DNA of 64,000 bases from Escherichia coli (GTDB lineage Bacteria > Pseudomonadota > Gammaproteobacteria > Enterobacterales > Enterobacteriaceae). Below the pieces are notes generated by a model. That model had not been told where the DNA came from, did no database searches, and worked only from the letters and a program-made list of their open reading frames with translations. The translations under genes and the position numbers were made by a program. Shown here piece after piece: positions 1-11,893 of the stretch; within the stretch, counting starts at the first letter, position 1; each line of letters begins with the position of its first letter. Location: the NCBI RefSeq assembly GCF_030384885.1, contig NZ_CP128613.1. One strand, 5' to 3'.

Positions 1-13
1 GAAGGAATAAGCC

Positions 14-1418
<1,405 letters not shown>

Positions 1419-1468
1419 TTATTTAAGCACTTGATAAATTTGGAAATATTAATTTTCGGAGAACCCGT

Positions 1469-2932
1469 ATGTCTTTAGCAAAAGATAATATATGGAAACT
1501 ATTGGCCCCACTGGTGGTGATGGGCGTCATGTTTCTTATCCCTGTCCCCGACGGTATGCCACCGCAGGCATGGCATTACTTCGCTGTGTTTGTGGCAATG
1601 ATTGTCGGCATGATCCTCGAGCCAATTCCGGCAACAGCGATCAGTTTTATTGCGGTTACTATTTGCGTTATTGGCAGTAATTACCTTCTCTTTGATGCCA
1701 AAGAATTAGCTGACCCAGCGTTTAATGCGCAAAAACAGGCGCTGAAATGGGGTCTGGCTGGTTTTTCCAGCACCACGGTATGGCTGGTATTTGGCGCATT
1801 TATTTTTGCATTAGGGTATGAAGTTTCCGGGTTAGGTCGTCGCATTGCCCTTTTCCTGGTGAAATTCATGGGCAAACGCACGCTGACGTTAGGTTATGCG
1901 ATAGTCATTATCGACATTCTGCTGGCACCGTTTACACCGTCCAACACCGCGCGTACCGGGGGTACGGTTTTTCCGGTCATTAAAAACCTGCCGCCGCTGT
2001 TTAAATCATTCCCGAACGATCCGTCCGCGCGTCGTATTGGCGGCTATTTGATGTGGATGATGGTCATTAGTACCAGTCTGAGTTCGTCCATGTTTGTCAC
2101 CGGTGCGGCACCAAACGTGCTGGGTCTGGAGTTCGTCAGCAAAATTGCCGGCATCCAGATTAGCTGGTTGCAGTGGTTCCTCTGCTTCCTGCCGGTTGGC
2201 GTTATCTTACTTATCATTGCGCCGTGGCTTTCCTACGTGCTTTACAAACCGGAAATCACACACAGTGAAGAAGTAGCAACCTGGGCGGGTGATGAACTAA
2301 AAACCATGGGTGCGCTGACACGCAGAGAGTGGACGCTGATTGGCCTTGTATTGCTCAGCTTAGGTTTGTGGGTATTTGGCAGTGAAGTCATTAATGCTAC
2401 TGCGGTAGGTCTGCTGGCAGTTTCGCTAATGCTGGCCCTGCACGTTGTGCCGTGGAAAGACATTACCCGCTATAACAGCGCATGGAACACGCTGGTCAAC
2501 CTGGCAACTTTGGTTGTGATGGCTAATGGCCTGACTCGTTCTGGCTTTATTGACTGGTTCGCCGGTACCATGAGTACGCACCTGGAAGGATTCTCACCAA
2601 ACGCAACGGTGATTGTACTGGTTCTGGTGTTCTACTTTGCGCACTACCTGTTTGCCAGCCTGTCTGCGCACACCGCAACCATGCTGCCGGTTATTCTGGC
2701 CGTCGGTAAAGGTATTCCGGGCGTACCAATGGAACAACTGTGTATCCTGCTGGTGCTGTCTATCGGTATCATGGGCTGTCTGACGCCGTATGCAACCGGT
2801 CCTGGGGTGATTATTTACGGCTGCGGCTATGTGAAATCAAAAGATTACTGGCGACTTGGTGCAATCTTCGGGGTGATTTACATCTCTATGTTGCTGTTGG
2901 TTGGCTGGCCGATTCTCGCCATGTGGAACTAA
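1469..2932 (+). CDS. citT: citrate:succinate antiporter
   Basis: 487-aa polytopic membrane protein recognised as CitT (DASS family); RBS-like GGAGAA upstream. Confidence 0.9.
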   Translation: MSLAKDNIWKLLAPLVVMGVMFLIPVPDGMPPQAWHYFAVFVAMIVGMILEPIPATAISFIAVTICVIGSNYLLFDAKELADPAFNAQKQALKWGLAGFSSTTVWLVFGAFIFALGYEVSGLGRRIALFLVKFMGKRTLTLGYAIVIIDILLAPFTPSNTARTGGTVFPVIKNLPPLFKSFPNDPSARRIGGYLMWMMVISTSLSSSMFVTGAAPNVLGLEFVSKIAGIQISWLQWFLCFLPVGVILLIIAPWLSYVLYKPEITHSEEVATWAGDELKTMGALTRREWTLIGLVLLSLGLWVFGSEVINATAVGLLAVSLMLALHVVPWKDITRYNSAWNTLVNLATLVVMANGLTRSGFIDWFAGTMSTHLEGFSPNATVIVLVLVFYFAHYLFASLSAHTATMLPVILAVGKGIPGVPMEQLCILLVLSIGIMGCLTPYATGPGVIIYGCGYVKSKDYWRLGAIFGVIYISMLLLVGWPILAMWN

Positions 2933-2962
2933 TACGTTCGCCAAACGCTGAATAAATCATCA

Positions 2963-2997
2963 CGCCCGCCAGGTAAGCCCACCTGGCGGGCTTTTTT
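2963..2997 (+). terminator. rho-independent terminator downstream of citT
   Basis: GC-rich inverted repeat cgcccgccaggt/acctggcgggc followed by a T-run (ctttttt). Confidence 0.6.
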
Positions 2998-3045
2998 ATG
3001 ATTTAATAGATAGTATTCAGTGTATGTATGAGTTCCACACCCATT

Positions 3046-3852
3046 ATGAAAGCATTCTGGCGTAACGCCGCGTTGCTCGCGGTTTCTCTGCTTCCCTTCT
3101 CTTCTGCCAACGCCGTGGCGTTGCAGGCAAAACAGTATGGCGATTTTGATCGCTATGTCCTGGCCCTCTCCTGGCAAACCGGATTTTGCCAGAGTCAACA
3201 CGATCGAAATCGTAACGAACGAGATGAATGTCGCCTGCAAACCGAAACGACCAACAAAGCTGATTTTCTGACCGTACATGGTCTATGGCCGGGATTGCCT
3301 AAATCGGTTGCGGCCCGTGGTGTTGATGAACGACGCTGGATGCGCTTTGGTTGCGCTACTCGCCCAATCCCGAATCTACCAGAGGCGCGCGCCAGCCGGA
3401 TGTGTTCATCGCCGGAAACCGGGTTATCGCTGGAAACGGCAGCTAAACTAAATGAAGTCATGCCGGGAGCTGGCGGACGTTCCTGCCTGGAACGCTACGA
3501 ATATGCCAAACACGGTGCCTGCTTTGGTTTTGATCCAGACGCATACTTCGGCACGATGGTACGCCTGAATCAAGAAATTAAAGAGAGCGAAGCCGGAAAA
3601 TTCCTTGCGGATAACTACGGTAAGACAGTGAGCCGCCGTGACTTTGACGCCGCCTTTGCCAAAAGCTGGGGAAAAGAGAACGTGAAAGCCGTTAAGCTAA
3701 CGTGCCAGGGTAACCCTGCGTATTTGACTGAAATTCAGATTTCAATCAAAGCTGACGCCATCAACGCTCCGCTTTCTGCAAACTCATTCTTGCCGCAACC
3801 ACACCCAGGCAACTGTGGCAAAACCTTTGTGATTGATAAAGCGGGTTATTAA
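3046..3852 (+). CDS. rna: periplasmic ribonuclease I (RNase T2 family)
   Basis: ORF recognised as RNase I; start chosen at MKAFWRN (signal peptide, 268 aa) rather than the upstream ATG at 3028. Confidence 0.88.
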   Translation: MKAFWRNAALLAVSLLPFSSANAVALQAKQYGDFDRYVLALSWQTGFCQSQHDRNRNERDECRLQTETTNKADFLTVHGLWPGLPKSVAARGVDERRWMRFGCATRPIPNLPEARASRMCSSPETGLSLETAAKLNEVMPGAGGRSCLERYEYAKHGACFGFDPDAYFGTMVRLNQEIKESEAGKFLADNYGKTVSRRDFDAAFAKSWGKENVKAVKLTCQGNPAYLTEIQISIKADAINAPLSANSFLPQPHPGNCGKTFVIDKAGY

Positions 3853-4000
3853 TCATCTGATTTACAAAACACGCTAATTCGTCTTCCATAAACCATGACG
3901 ATTAAGATTTATACATAATGCGCTGCATTGAGGAATTCCCTGAATGTGATGCAAATCACTTCAAAGAGTGAGCAACAGTCAGTATCATCATGTGAGTTAA

Positions 4001-4034
4001 ACCCTCGCCGCCTGACGGTGAGGGTTTTCTTTTG
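4001..4034 (+). terminator. putative intrinsic terminator in rna–rnk intergenic region
   Basis: 10-bp stem with one mismatch (accctcgccg / cggtgagggt), 5-nt loop, then a T-rich run. Confidence 0.4.
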
Positions 4035-4081
4035 GGTATGTTTATCTGCGACACTCGCAGTACCGACGACATGGAGTAAAA

Positions 4082-4492
4082 ATGTCCAGACCAACTATCA
4101 TCATTAACGACCTGGATGCCGAACGCATCGATATTCTGCTGGAGCAACCTGCCTATGCTGGTTTGCCAATCGCCGACGCGTTAAACGCAGAGTTGGATCG
4201 CGCCCAAATGTGTTCGCCAGAAGAGATGCCACACGACGTGGTGACAATGAACAGCCGGGTTAAATTCCGCAATCTTAGCGATGGCGAAGTGCGTGTGCGC
4301 ACGCTGGTGTATCCGGCTAAAATGACTGACAGCAATACTCAGCTTTCTGTTATGGCTCCGGTAGGTGCCGCACTGCTGGGGCTGCGCGTTGGCGATTCCA
4401 TTCACTGGGAACTTCCGGGCGGCGTTGCAACCCACCTTGAAGTGCTGGAACTCGAATACCAGCCAGAAGCTGCTGGCGACTACCTGCTTTAA
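4082..4492 (+). CDS. rnk: regulator of nucleoside diphosphate kinase (GreA/GreB-like)
   Basis: 136-aa ORF recognised as Rnk. Confidence 0.88.
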
Positions 4493-4847
4493 TCCCATCT
4501 GCACAAGCGACAACTCGCTTTGCCCAGAGGATGCACTCGCATCCTCTTTCCGCTCAAATATCAACCAGATTTATCATTTTGCTCTTAAGCACAGCATTCT
4601 AATCTGAACTGGTTATTCATCTGCGGAACCCCATATGAGCGAAGCTCTCAGTATCACTGCGTTTTATATATTTATAGCAGCTATTATTGTTGCTGCAGTG
4701 CTATACCTTGAACAACGCTGGTAGTACCTGGTTTTATTTATTTTCCAGATCAATCGCAAATTCAGATCGAATCAGCCTCGCAAATCATAGATTCATAATC
4801 AATAATGTGCTGTTATGTATACATGCAAAAACAAGGAGAGAATGCTT

Positions 4848-5276
4848 ATGTACAAAACAATCATTATGCCAGTGGATGTATTTGAAATGGAATTGAGCGA
4901 CAAAGCTGTTCGCCACGCTGAATTCCTCGCCCAGGATGATGGAGTTATTCATCTACTTCACGTGCTACCAGGCTCAGCCAGCCTGAGCCTGCACCGTTTT
5001 GCCGCTGATGTGCGCCGTTTTGAAGAGCATCTGCAACATGAAGCAGAAGAACGTTTGCAAACGATGGTCAGCCACTTCACCATCGATCCTTCCCGCATTA
5101 AACAACATGTCCGTTTTGGTAGTGTGCGGGATGAAGTCAATGAGTTGGCAGAAGAACTGGGGGCTGATGTTGTCGTTATCGGTTCGCGCAACCCATCGAT
5201 TTCGACCCATCTGTTAGGTTCTAACGCCTCAAGCGTTATCCGCCACGCCAATCTGCCGGTGCTGGTCGTTCGCTAA
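4848..5276 (+). CDS. uspG: universal stress protein G
   Basis: 142-aa ORF recognised as UspG; start at [10 protein letters not shown] with AAGGAGAG RBS 8 nt upstream; the longer ORF from 4815 is rejected. Confidence 0.85.
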   Translation: MYKTIIMPVDVFEMELSDKAVRHAEFLAQDDGVIHLLHVLPGSASLSLHRFAADVRRFEEHLQHEAEERLQTMVSHFTIDPSRIKQHVRFGSVRDEVNELAEELGADVVVIGSRNPSISTHLLGSNASSVIRHANLPVLVVR

Positions 5277-5289
5277 TAGATAAAAGTAT

Positions 5290-5375
5290 TTATGTCGCCC
5301 TGCCCGGAGCCATCCCGGCGGGGCTTTTTATTGCAATAAAAAAGCCGCCAGGTTTGACCCCGGCGGCTAAGCAAT
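5290..5375. terminator. probable bidirectional terminator region between convergent uspG and ahpF
   Basis: two GC-rich imperfect inverted repeats (ccggcgggg-type) flanked by T-run on one side and A-run on the other. Confidence 0.4.
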
Positions 5376-5397
5376 TGCAGGTGAATCTTACTTCTTC

Positions 5398-6963
5398 TTA
5401 TGCTGTTTTGGTGCGAATCAGGTAGTCAAAAGCACTCAGAGAAGCTTTGGCACCTTCGCCAGTGGCGATGATGATCTGCTTGTACGGAACCGTCGTACAG
5501 TCACCCGCAGCGAACACGCCTTTGACGTTGGTTTCGCATTTCGCATCAATGATAATCTCGCCCATGCGGTTACGTTCGACTGCGCCTTCGAGCCAGTTGG
5601 TGTTCGGCAGCAGACCAATCTGGACGAAAATACCGGCCAGTTCGATGTTGTGAATATCGCCGCTGACACGATCTCGATATTCCAGACCTACGACTTTGCT
5701 ACCGTCGCCTTTCACTTCCGTGGTTTGCGCATTCAGAATAATGTCGACGTTTTTCAGGCTGCGCAGTTTGTCCTGCAGAACCTGGTCGGCTTTCATTTCT
5801 GGCGCAAATTCCAGCAGCGTTACGTGCTCAACGATACCCGCCAGGTCGATTGCCGCTTCCACGCCGGAGTTACCGCCGCCGATAACCGCTACGCGTTTAC
5901 CTTTAAACAGCGGGCCGTCGCAGTGCGGGCAGTAGGTCACGCCTTTGGTGCGATACTGATCTTCGCCCGGAACGTTCATGTTGCGCCATTTTGCACCGGT
6001 CGCCACGATAATGCTGCGTGCTTTCAGTACCGCGCCAGAAGCTGTTTCAATCTGATGCAGGCCACCTTCAACCGCTGCCGGGATCAGTTTGCTGGCGCTC
6101 TGGCTGTCGATCACATCAACGTCGTATTCATCAACGTGAACTTTCAGCGCACCTGCCAGTTTCTGGCCTTCGGTCTTCGGTACAGAAATGTAGTTTTCGA
6201 TATCAACGGTATCGAGGATCTGACCACCAAAACGTTCGCCCATCAAACCAGTACGGATACCTTTACGTGCGGAGTAAATTGCTGCCGCTGCACCCGCCGG
6301 GCCGGAACCGACGATTAATACGTCATAAGCATCACGCTTGTTCAGCTCTTCTGCCGCACGTTTTTCCGCGCCAGTATCAATTTTGGCGACGATTTCAGTC
6401 AACGTCATGCGACCCTGACCAAACTCTTTCCCGTTTACGAACACTGCCGGAACGCCCATCACGTTGCGATCGGTGATTTCGTTCTGGAAGGTGCCGCCGT
6501 CAATTGCAGTGTGCTTGATGCGCGGGTTCAGTACGCTCATCAGGTTCAGCGCCTGCACCACATCCGGGCAGTTGTGGCAAGAGAGCGAGTAATAGGTTTC
6601 GAATTCAAAATCACCGTCAATATGGCGAATCTGCTCCAGCAGAGACTGCGCTTCTTTCGACGGATGACCACCGGTCCACAACAACGCCAGTACCAGCGAG
6701 GTAAACTCGTGGCCCAGCGGGGAACCTGCAAAACGTGGCCCCTGGTTGGAACCTGGGTTAGTGATCAGGAAAGACGGCTTACGCACCGGCAAGCTGTTAT
6801 CTTCTTTAAAGGTGACTTTGTCTGACAGTTCTGCGATTTCAGCCAACAGTTCCTTGATTTCTGCCGATTTAGCGCTGTCATCCAGCGTGGCAATTAACTC
6901 AACAGGCTTGGTCAATTTCTCAAGGTAAGCCTTGAGTTGAGTTTTCATATTTGTGTCGAGCAT
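5398..6963 (-). CDS. ahpF: alkyl hydroperoxide reductase subunit F (flavoprotein)
   Basis: ORF recognised as AhpF; start at MLDTNMKTQ (521 aa) supported by AGGAGA RBS; upstream in-frame ATGs at 6993 lack an RBS. Confidence 0.92.
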
Positions 6964-7133
6964 GTTTATCTCCTGGGCTTTAAACATCATCATGCAAGCG
7001 GCCTCTGCGGCTACCTGGATGCAGCTTGCATCATGGTGCGGGGAAGAAAATCGGGTGCCGCAGCACCCGATTAATTAGGTGAATTTCCGAAGTATTTCGC
7101 GCCGGAGTTGGTAGCGCGAAAGACAAAGGAAAT

Positions 7134-7697
7134 TTAGATTTTACCAACCAGGTCCAGAGACGGAGCCAGAGTTGCTTCACCTTCTTTCCATTTAGCCGGG
7201 CAAACTTCACCTGGGTGAGAAGCTACGTACTGTGCTGCTTTGATTTTACGCAGCAGGTCAGACGCGTCACGGCCAATGCCTTCAGCGGTAACTTCGATTG
7301 CCTGGATGATACCCTGCGGGTCAACAACGAAGGTTGCACGGTCAGCCAGACCTTCATCTTCACGCATGTTGTCGAAGTTACGGGTCAGGGCGCCAGTCGG
7401 GTCGCCGATCATCGCATATTTGATTTTAGCGATAGTTTCAGAGCTGCTGTGCCATGCTTTGTGGGTGAAGTGAGTATCGGTAGATACTGCGTATACATCT
7501 ACGCCCAGTTTCTGCAGTTCTTCGTAGTGGTCAGCAACGTCACCCAGTTCGGTCGGGCATACGAAAGTAAAGTCAGCCGGGTAGAAGAAGAAGACACTCC
7601 AGCGGCCTTCGGTATCTTTTTCGGTGATTTCGATGAATTCGCCGTTTTTGAATGCCTGGTTTTTAAAAGGTTTAATTTTGGTGTTAATCAAGGACAT
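7134..7697 (-). CDS. ahpC: alkyl hydroperoxide reductase subunit C (peroxiredoxin)
   Basis: 187-aa ORF recognised as AhpC (2-Cys peroxiredoxin). Confidence 0.95.
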   Translation of the reverse strand: MSLINTKIKPFKNQAFKNGEFIEITEKDTEGRWSVFFFYPADFTFVCPTELGDVADHYEELQKLGVDVYAVSTDTHFTHKAWHSSSETIAKIKYAMIGDPTGALTRNFDNMREDEGLADRATFVVDPQGIIQAIEVTAEGIGRDASDLLRKIKAAQYVASHPGEVCPAKWKEGEATLAPSLDLVGKI

Positions 7698-8069
7698 CTA
7701 TACTTCCTCCGTGTTTTCGATGAGATGTAAGGTAACCAATTTTTGCCGATTCGGCTAATGCGTTTCCATTATCAAATCGATAAGTTTTACCTTACAACCG
7801 TCGTAAGACAACTTTGTGAACTTTGCACCGCCAGTGGCGATAAAAAGTAAAATGGGCCCCCTTTCCAGGTGACCGTGTAATCTGAACTACCCTTTGGTAT
7901 CTTCAGCGCCTGCCTGCAGGCTGTGGTGTTGCCCTTACAAATGCAACAACGACATGGATTACAACACCCTCATAAACAAAGGGCAATCACCTGATCTAAG
8001 CTCTTACCTATGACAGTGATAGGTTATGCCTTTTACTCCATTTTTGCACTGACTGAAAAGGACAAATTA

Positions 8070-8816
8070 ATGTTAAAAAAGATACTTTTACTGGCTCTGC
8101 TTCCTACAATCGCCTTTGCAGAGGAACTTCCTGCTCCGGTAAAAGCGATTGAAAAACAGGGTATTAAGATCATCAAAACGTTCGATGCCCCCGGCGGAAT
8201 GAAAGGTTATCTCGGCAAGTATCAGGATATGGGCGTCACCATCTACCTGACTCCAGATGGTAAGCACGCTATCTCTGGTTACATGTACAACGAGAAAGGT
8301 GAAAACCTGAGTAACATGCTTATCGAAAAAGAAATTTATGCGCCAGCCGGACGCGAAATGTGGCAACGGATGGAACAATCGCACTGGCTCCTCGACGGTA
8401 AAAAAGACGCGCCAGTCATAGTCTACGTTTTCGCCGATCCGTTCTGCCCATATTGTAAACAGTTCTGGCAGCAGGCGCGCCCGTGGGTTGATTCTGGCAA
8501 AGTACAGTTGAGAACATTGTTGGTTGGGGTTATCAAACCAGAAAGTCCGGCGACAGCCGCGGCAATTCTGGCCTCTAAAGATCCCTCAAAAACCTGGCAA
8601 GAATATGAAGCCTCTGGCGGCAAACTTAAGCTAAATGTGCCTACAAACGTAAGTACAGAGCAAATGAAAGTGTTAAGCGACAACGAGAAACTCATGGACG
8701 ATCTGGGGGCAAATGTCACACCGGCTATCTATTACATGAGTAAGGAAAATACGCTGCAACAGGCCGTGGGGTTGCCCGATCAGAAAACGCTTAATATCAT
8801 TATGGGAAATAAATAG
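8070..8816 (+). CDS. dsbG: periplasmic thiol:disulfide interchange protein DsbG
   Basis: ORF recognised as DsbG with CPYC active site; start at [11 protein letters not shown] (signal peptide) with AAGGA RBS; diverges from ahpC. Confidence 0.88.
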   Translation: MLKKILLLALLPTIAFAEELPAPVKAIEKQGIKIIKTFDAPGGMKGYLGKYQDMGVTIYLTPDGKHAISGYMYNEKGENLSNMLIEKEIYAPAGREMWQRMEQSHWLLDGKKDAPVIVYVFADPFCPYCKQFWQQARPWVDSGKVQLRTLLVGVIKPESPATAAAILASKDPSKTWQEYEASGGKLKLNVPTNVSTEQMKVLSDNEKLMDDLGANVTPAIYYMSKENTLQQAVGLPDQKTLNIIMGNK

Positions 8817-9023
8817 AAGATAATTCATGGGTGGTTGAAATACATCCTTGCTTTTCAACCATTCTAAAAACGCATGAATTGCTTCTTCCCCTCCTGACAA
8901 CTGTGTTACTTTAGAAAAACTTAATCCAGAGTTAAGTAATAAAACATAACAAATATAAATAAAACAGTAGAATCATTGATTACAAGAATGATTTATGGAC
9001 AAGATAATATAACGGAGTATGTT

Positions 9024-9926
9024 ATGGCTAATCTTTATGATTTAAAAAAATTCGACCTCAATTTACTGGTCATATTTGAGTGCATTTATCAACACCTCAG
9101 CATTAGCAAAGCAGCAGAATCATTATATATAACGCCATCTGCCGTGAGTCAGTCGTTACAACGTTTACGCGCGCAATTTAATGACCCGTTATTCATCCGC
9201 TCAGGGAAAGGTATCGCGCCGACTACAACAGGGTTAAATCTGCATCACCATCTTGAGAAAAATCTCCGAGGCCTTGAACAAACGATCAATATCGTTAATA
9301 AGTCTGAGCTGAAGAAAAATTTTATTATCTACGGTCCTCAGCTTATTTCTTGTAGTAATAACAACATGCTAATCCGCTGTCTAAGACAAGATACTTCAAT
9401 CGATATAGAATGCCATGACATACTGCTTTCAGCTGAAAACGCCGAAGAATTGTTAGTTCAACGCAAAGCTGACCTGGCAATCACGCTACAGCCGGTGATT
9501 AGCCGCTCCGTCATCTGTATGCCATTACACACCATTCGCAATTCTCTTATTTGTAGCAATAAACATCCTCGTATTACTGATACCAGTACCCATGAACAAA
9601 TTATGGCCGAAGAATTCACCCTGCTAATATCTAAATCAGCAGGAATTGATGAAATTCAAGTAGACATAGACGAACGATTTATGAACCGTAAAATTTCGTT
9701 TCGCAGTTCCTCTTTACTCACCATAATAAATAGCATTTCTGTTACTGACTTATTGGGAATTGTCCCTACCGAGCTGTACGATTTACATCGCAATTTCCTG
9801 AAACTAAAAGAAATAAAGTTGAAGCATCCTCTTCCTGCGGTCAAGCTTTATATTTCCTATAACAAATACTCGTTAAATAATCTGGTCTTCTCCCGTTTCA
9901 TAGACCGCTTAAATGATAGCTTCTGA
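9024..9926 (+). CDS. ybdO: LysR-family transcriptional regulator
   Basis: AT-rich ORF with N-terminal LysR-type HTH region; position matches ybdO; start at MANLYDLKKF with GGAG RBS. Confidence 0.78.
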   Translation: MANLYDLKKFDLNLLVIFECIYQHLSISKAAESLYITPSAVSQSLQRLRAQFNDPLFIRSGKGIAPTTTGLNLHHHLEKNLRGLEQTINIVNKSELKKNFIIYGPQLISCSNNNMLIRCLRQDTSIDIECHDILLSAENAEELLVQRKADLAITLQPVISRSVICMPLHTIRNSLICSNKHPRITDTSTHEQIMAEEFTLLISKSAGIDEIQVDIDERFMNRKISFRSSSLLTIINSISVTDLLGIVPTELYDLHRNFLKLKEIKLKHPLPAVKLYISYNKYSLNNLVFSRFIDRLNDSF

Positions 9927-10070
9927 TTAATCATCAATGGATAATATTATATTTATACAATGAATTCATTGTATAAATATAAAATAATGTGCTCTATCTT
10001 GCTTCGTTTACCCTATAATTAGCGGATTCATCTCACGAGTCACCCAGTAACGTTCAGAGAGCGTTTTCAG

Positions 10071-11291
10071 ATGTCTATTTATAAAATCCCTCTTCCGCTG
10101 AATATTTTAGAAGCTGCACAGGAACGTATTACCTGGACACTTAACACCTTGCCCCGTGTTTGCGTTTCTTTTTCGGGGGGTAAAGATTCCGGATTAATGC
10201 TGCATCTTACCGCCGAACTTGCCAGAAAATTGGGAAAAAAAATCTGCGTTTTGTTTATCGACTGGGAAGCACAGTTCTCTTGTACCATCGACTATGTACA
10301 GTCGTTACGCGAGTTGTATACCGACGTTATTGAAGAGTTTTACTGGGTAGCACTCCCACTCAAGACGCAAAATTCCCTTTCACAATACCAACCAGAATGG
10401 CAGTGCTGGGAATCTGATGTCGAATGGGTGCGTCAGCCCCCGCAAGAAGCGATAACCGATCCTGACTTTTTCTCCTTTTACCAGCCAGGCATGACCTTCG
10501 AACAATTTGTACGTGAGTTTGCCGAATGGTTTTCACAAAAACGTCCGGCGGCGATGATGATCGGCATCCGTGCGGATGAGTCCTACAACCGTTTTGTCGC
10601 CATCGCCAGTTTAAGTAAACAACGTTTTGCCGATGATAAGCCCTGGACCACAGCCGCACCAGGCGGTCACAGCTGGTACATTTACCCCATCTACGACTGG
10701 AAAGTAGCTGATATCTGGACCTGGTATGCTAATCATAAAGCCCTATGTAACCCATTGTATAATATCATGTATCAGGCAGGCGTCCCCCTGCGTCATATGC
10801 GAATTTGCGAACCTTTTGGCCCGGAGCAACGGCAAGGATTATGGCTCTATCACGTTATCGAACCGGATCGCTGGGCTGCTATGTGCGCACGAGTTAGCGG
10901 GGTAAAAAGTGGCGGCATTTACGCCGGACATGACAATCATTTTTATGGTCATCGGAAAATCCTCAAACCAGAGCATTTAGACTGGCAAGAGTATGCATTA
11001 TTGCTGCTTGATAGCATGCCGGAGAAAACGGCTGAGCATTACCGCAACAAAATTGCCATTTACTTGCATTGGTATCAGAAAAAAGGTGTCGAGGTGCCAC
11101 AGACCCAGCACGGGGACATTGGCGCGAAAGATATCCCCTCCTGGCGGCGAATTTGCAAGGTGTTACTGAATAACGATTACTGGTGTCGGGCATTATCATT
11201 TAGCCCAACCAAAGCGAAGAATTATCAGCGTTATAACGAACGGATAAAAGTAAAACGTCAGGAGTGGGGAATACTATGCAACAACAATTAA
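10071..11291 (+). CDS. ybdN: PAPS-reductase-like (PP-loop) protein of unknown function
   Basis: 406-aa ORF; SFSGGKDS PP-loop motif near N-terminus; recognised as YbdN. Confidence 0.85.
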   Translation: MSIYKIPLPLNILEAAQERITWTLNTLPRVCVSFSGGKDSGLMLHLTAELARKLGKKICVLFIDWEAQFSCTIDYVQSLRELYTDVIEEFYWVALPLKTQNSLSQYQPEWQCWESDVEWVRQPPQEAITDPDFFSFYQPGMTFEQFVREFAEWFSQKRPAAMMIGIRADESYNRFVAIASLSKQRFADDKPWTTAAPGGHSWYIYPIYDWKVADIWTWYANHKALCNPLYNIMYQAGVPLRHMRICEPFGPEQRQGLWLYHVIEPDRWAAMCARVSGVKSGGIYAGHDNHFYGHRKILKPEHLDWQEYALLLLDSMPEKTAEHYRNKIAIYLHWYQKKGVEVPQTQHGDIGAKDIPSWRRICKVLLNNDYWCRALSFSPTKAKNYQRYNERIKVKRQEWGILCNNN

Positions 11292-11893
11292 CGCAGGATT
11301 TAACCCAATTTCTCGCCAGCTTGCCGGAAGACGATCGCATCAAAGCGATTAACGAAATCCGCCTGGCGATCCATCAGGTTAGCCCCTTTCGTGAAGAGCC
11401 AGTAGATTGTGTTCTGTGGGTTAAAAACAGCCAACTTATGCCAAATGATTACAACCCAAACAATGTGGCACCGCCCGAGAAAAAACTGTTACAAAAATCC
11501 ATTGAGATAGATGGTTTTACCCAACCTATTGTGGTCACGCACACAGATAAAAATGCTCTGGAAATCGTGGATGGCTTTCACCGTCATGAAATTGGTAAAG
11601 GCTCTAACACGTTAAAAATGCGATTAAAAGGATATTTACCGGTTACCTGTCTGGAAGGAACACGTAACGAACGCATCGCCGCGACTATTCGTCATAACCG
11701 CGCTCGTGGACGCCACCAAATCACAGCCATGTCAGAAATCGTTCGTGAACTCAGCCAGTTGGGATGGGACGACAATAAAATCGGCAAAGAGCTGGGTATG
11801 GACAGCGACGAAGTGTTGCGCCTGAAACAAATTAACGGCCTGCAAGAGTTATTTGCTGACCGTCAATATTCCCGCGCCTGGACAGTAAAATAA
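11264..11893 (+). CDS. ybdM: ParB/sulfiredoxin-like domain protein of unknown function
   Basis: 209-aa ORF overlapping ybdN 3' end by 28 nt; recognised as YbdM. Confidence 0.82.
   Translation: MGNTMQQQLTQDLTQFLASLPEDDRIKAINEIRLAIHQVSPFREEPVDCVLWVKNSQLMPNDYNPNNVAPPEKKLLQKSIEIDGFTQPIVVTHTDKNALEIVDGFHRHEIGKGSNTLKMRLKGYLPVTCLEGTRNERIAATIRHNRARGRHQITAMSEIVRELSQLGWDDNKIGKELGMDSDEVLRLKQINGLQELFADRQYSRAWTVK

Noticed and set aside
5650-6318. 222-aa plus-strand ORF inside ahpF
   Set aside because: Antisense to a confidently recognised ahpF; no RBS; composition typical of a shadow ORF.
8822-8860. Hairpin ggttgaaa-N12-tttcaacc downstream of dsbG as a terminator
   Set aside because: AT-rich 8-bp stem without a following U-tract; too weak to call an intrinsic terminator.
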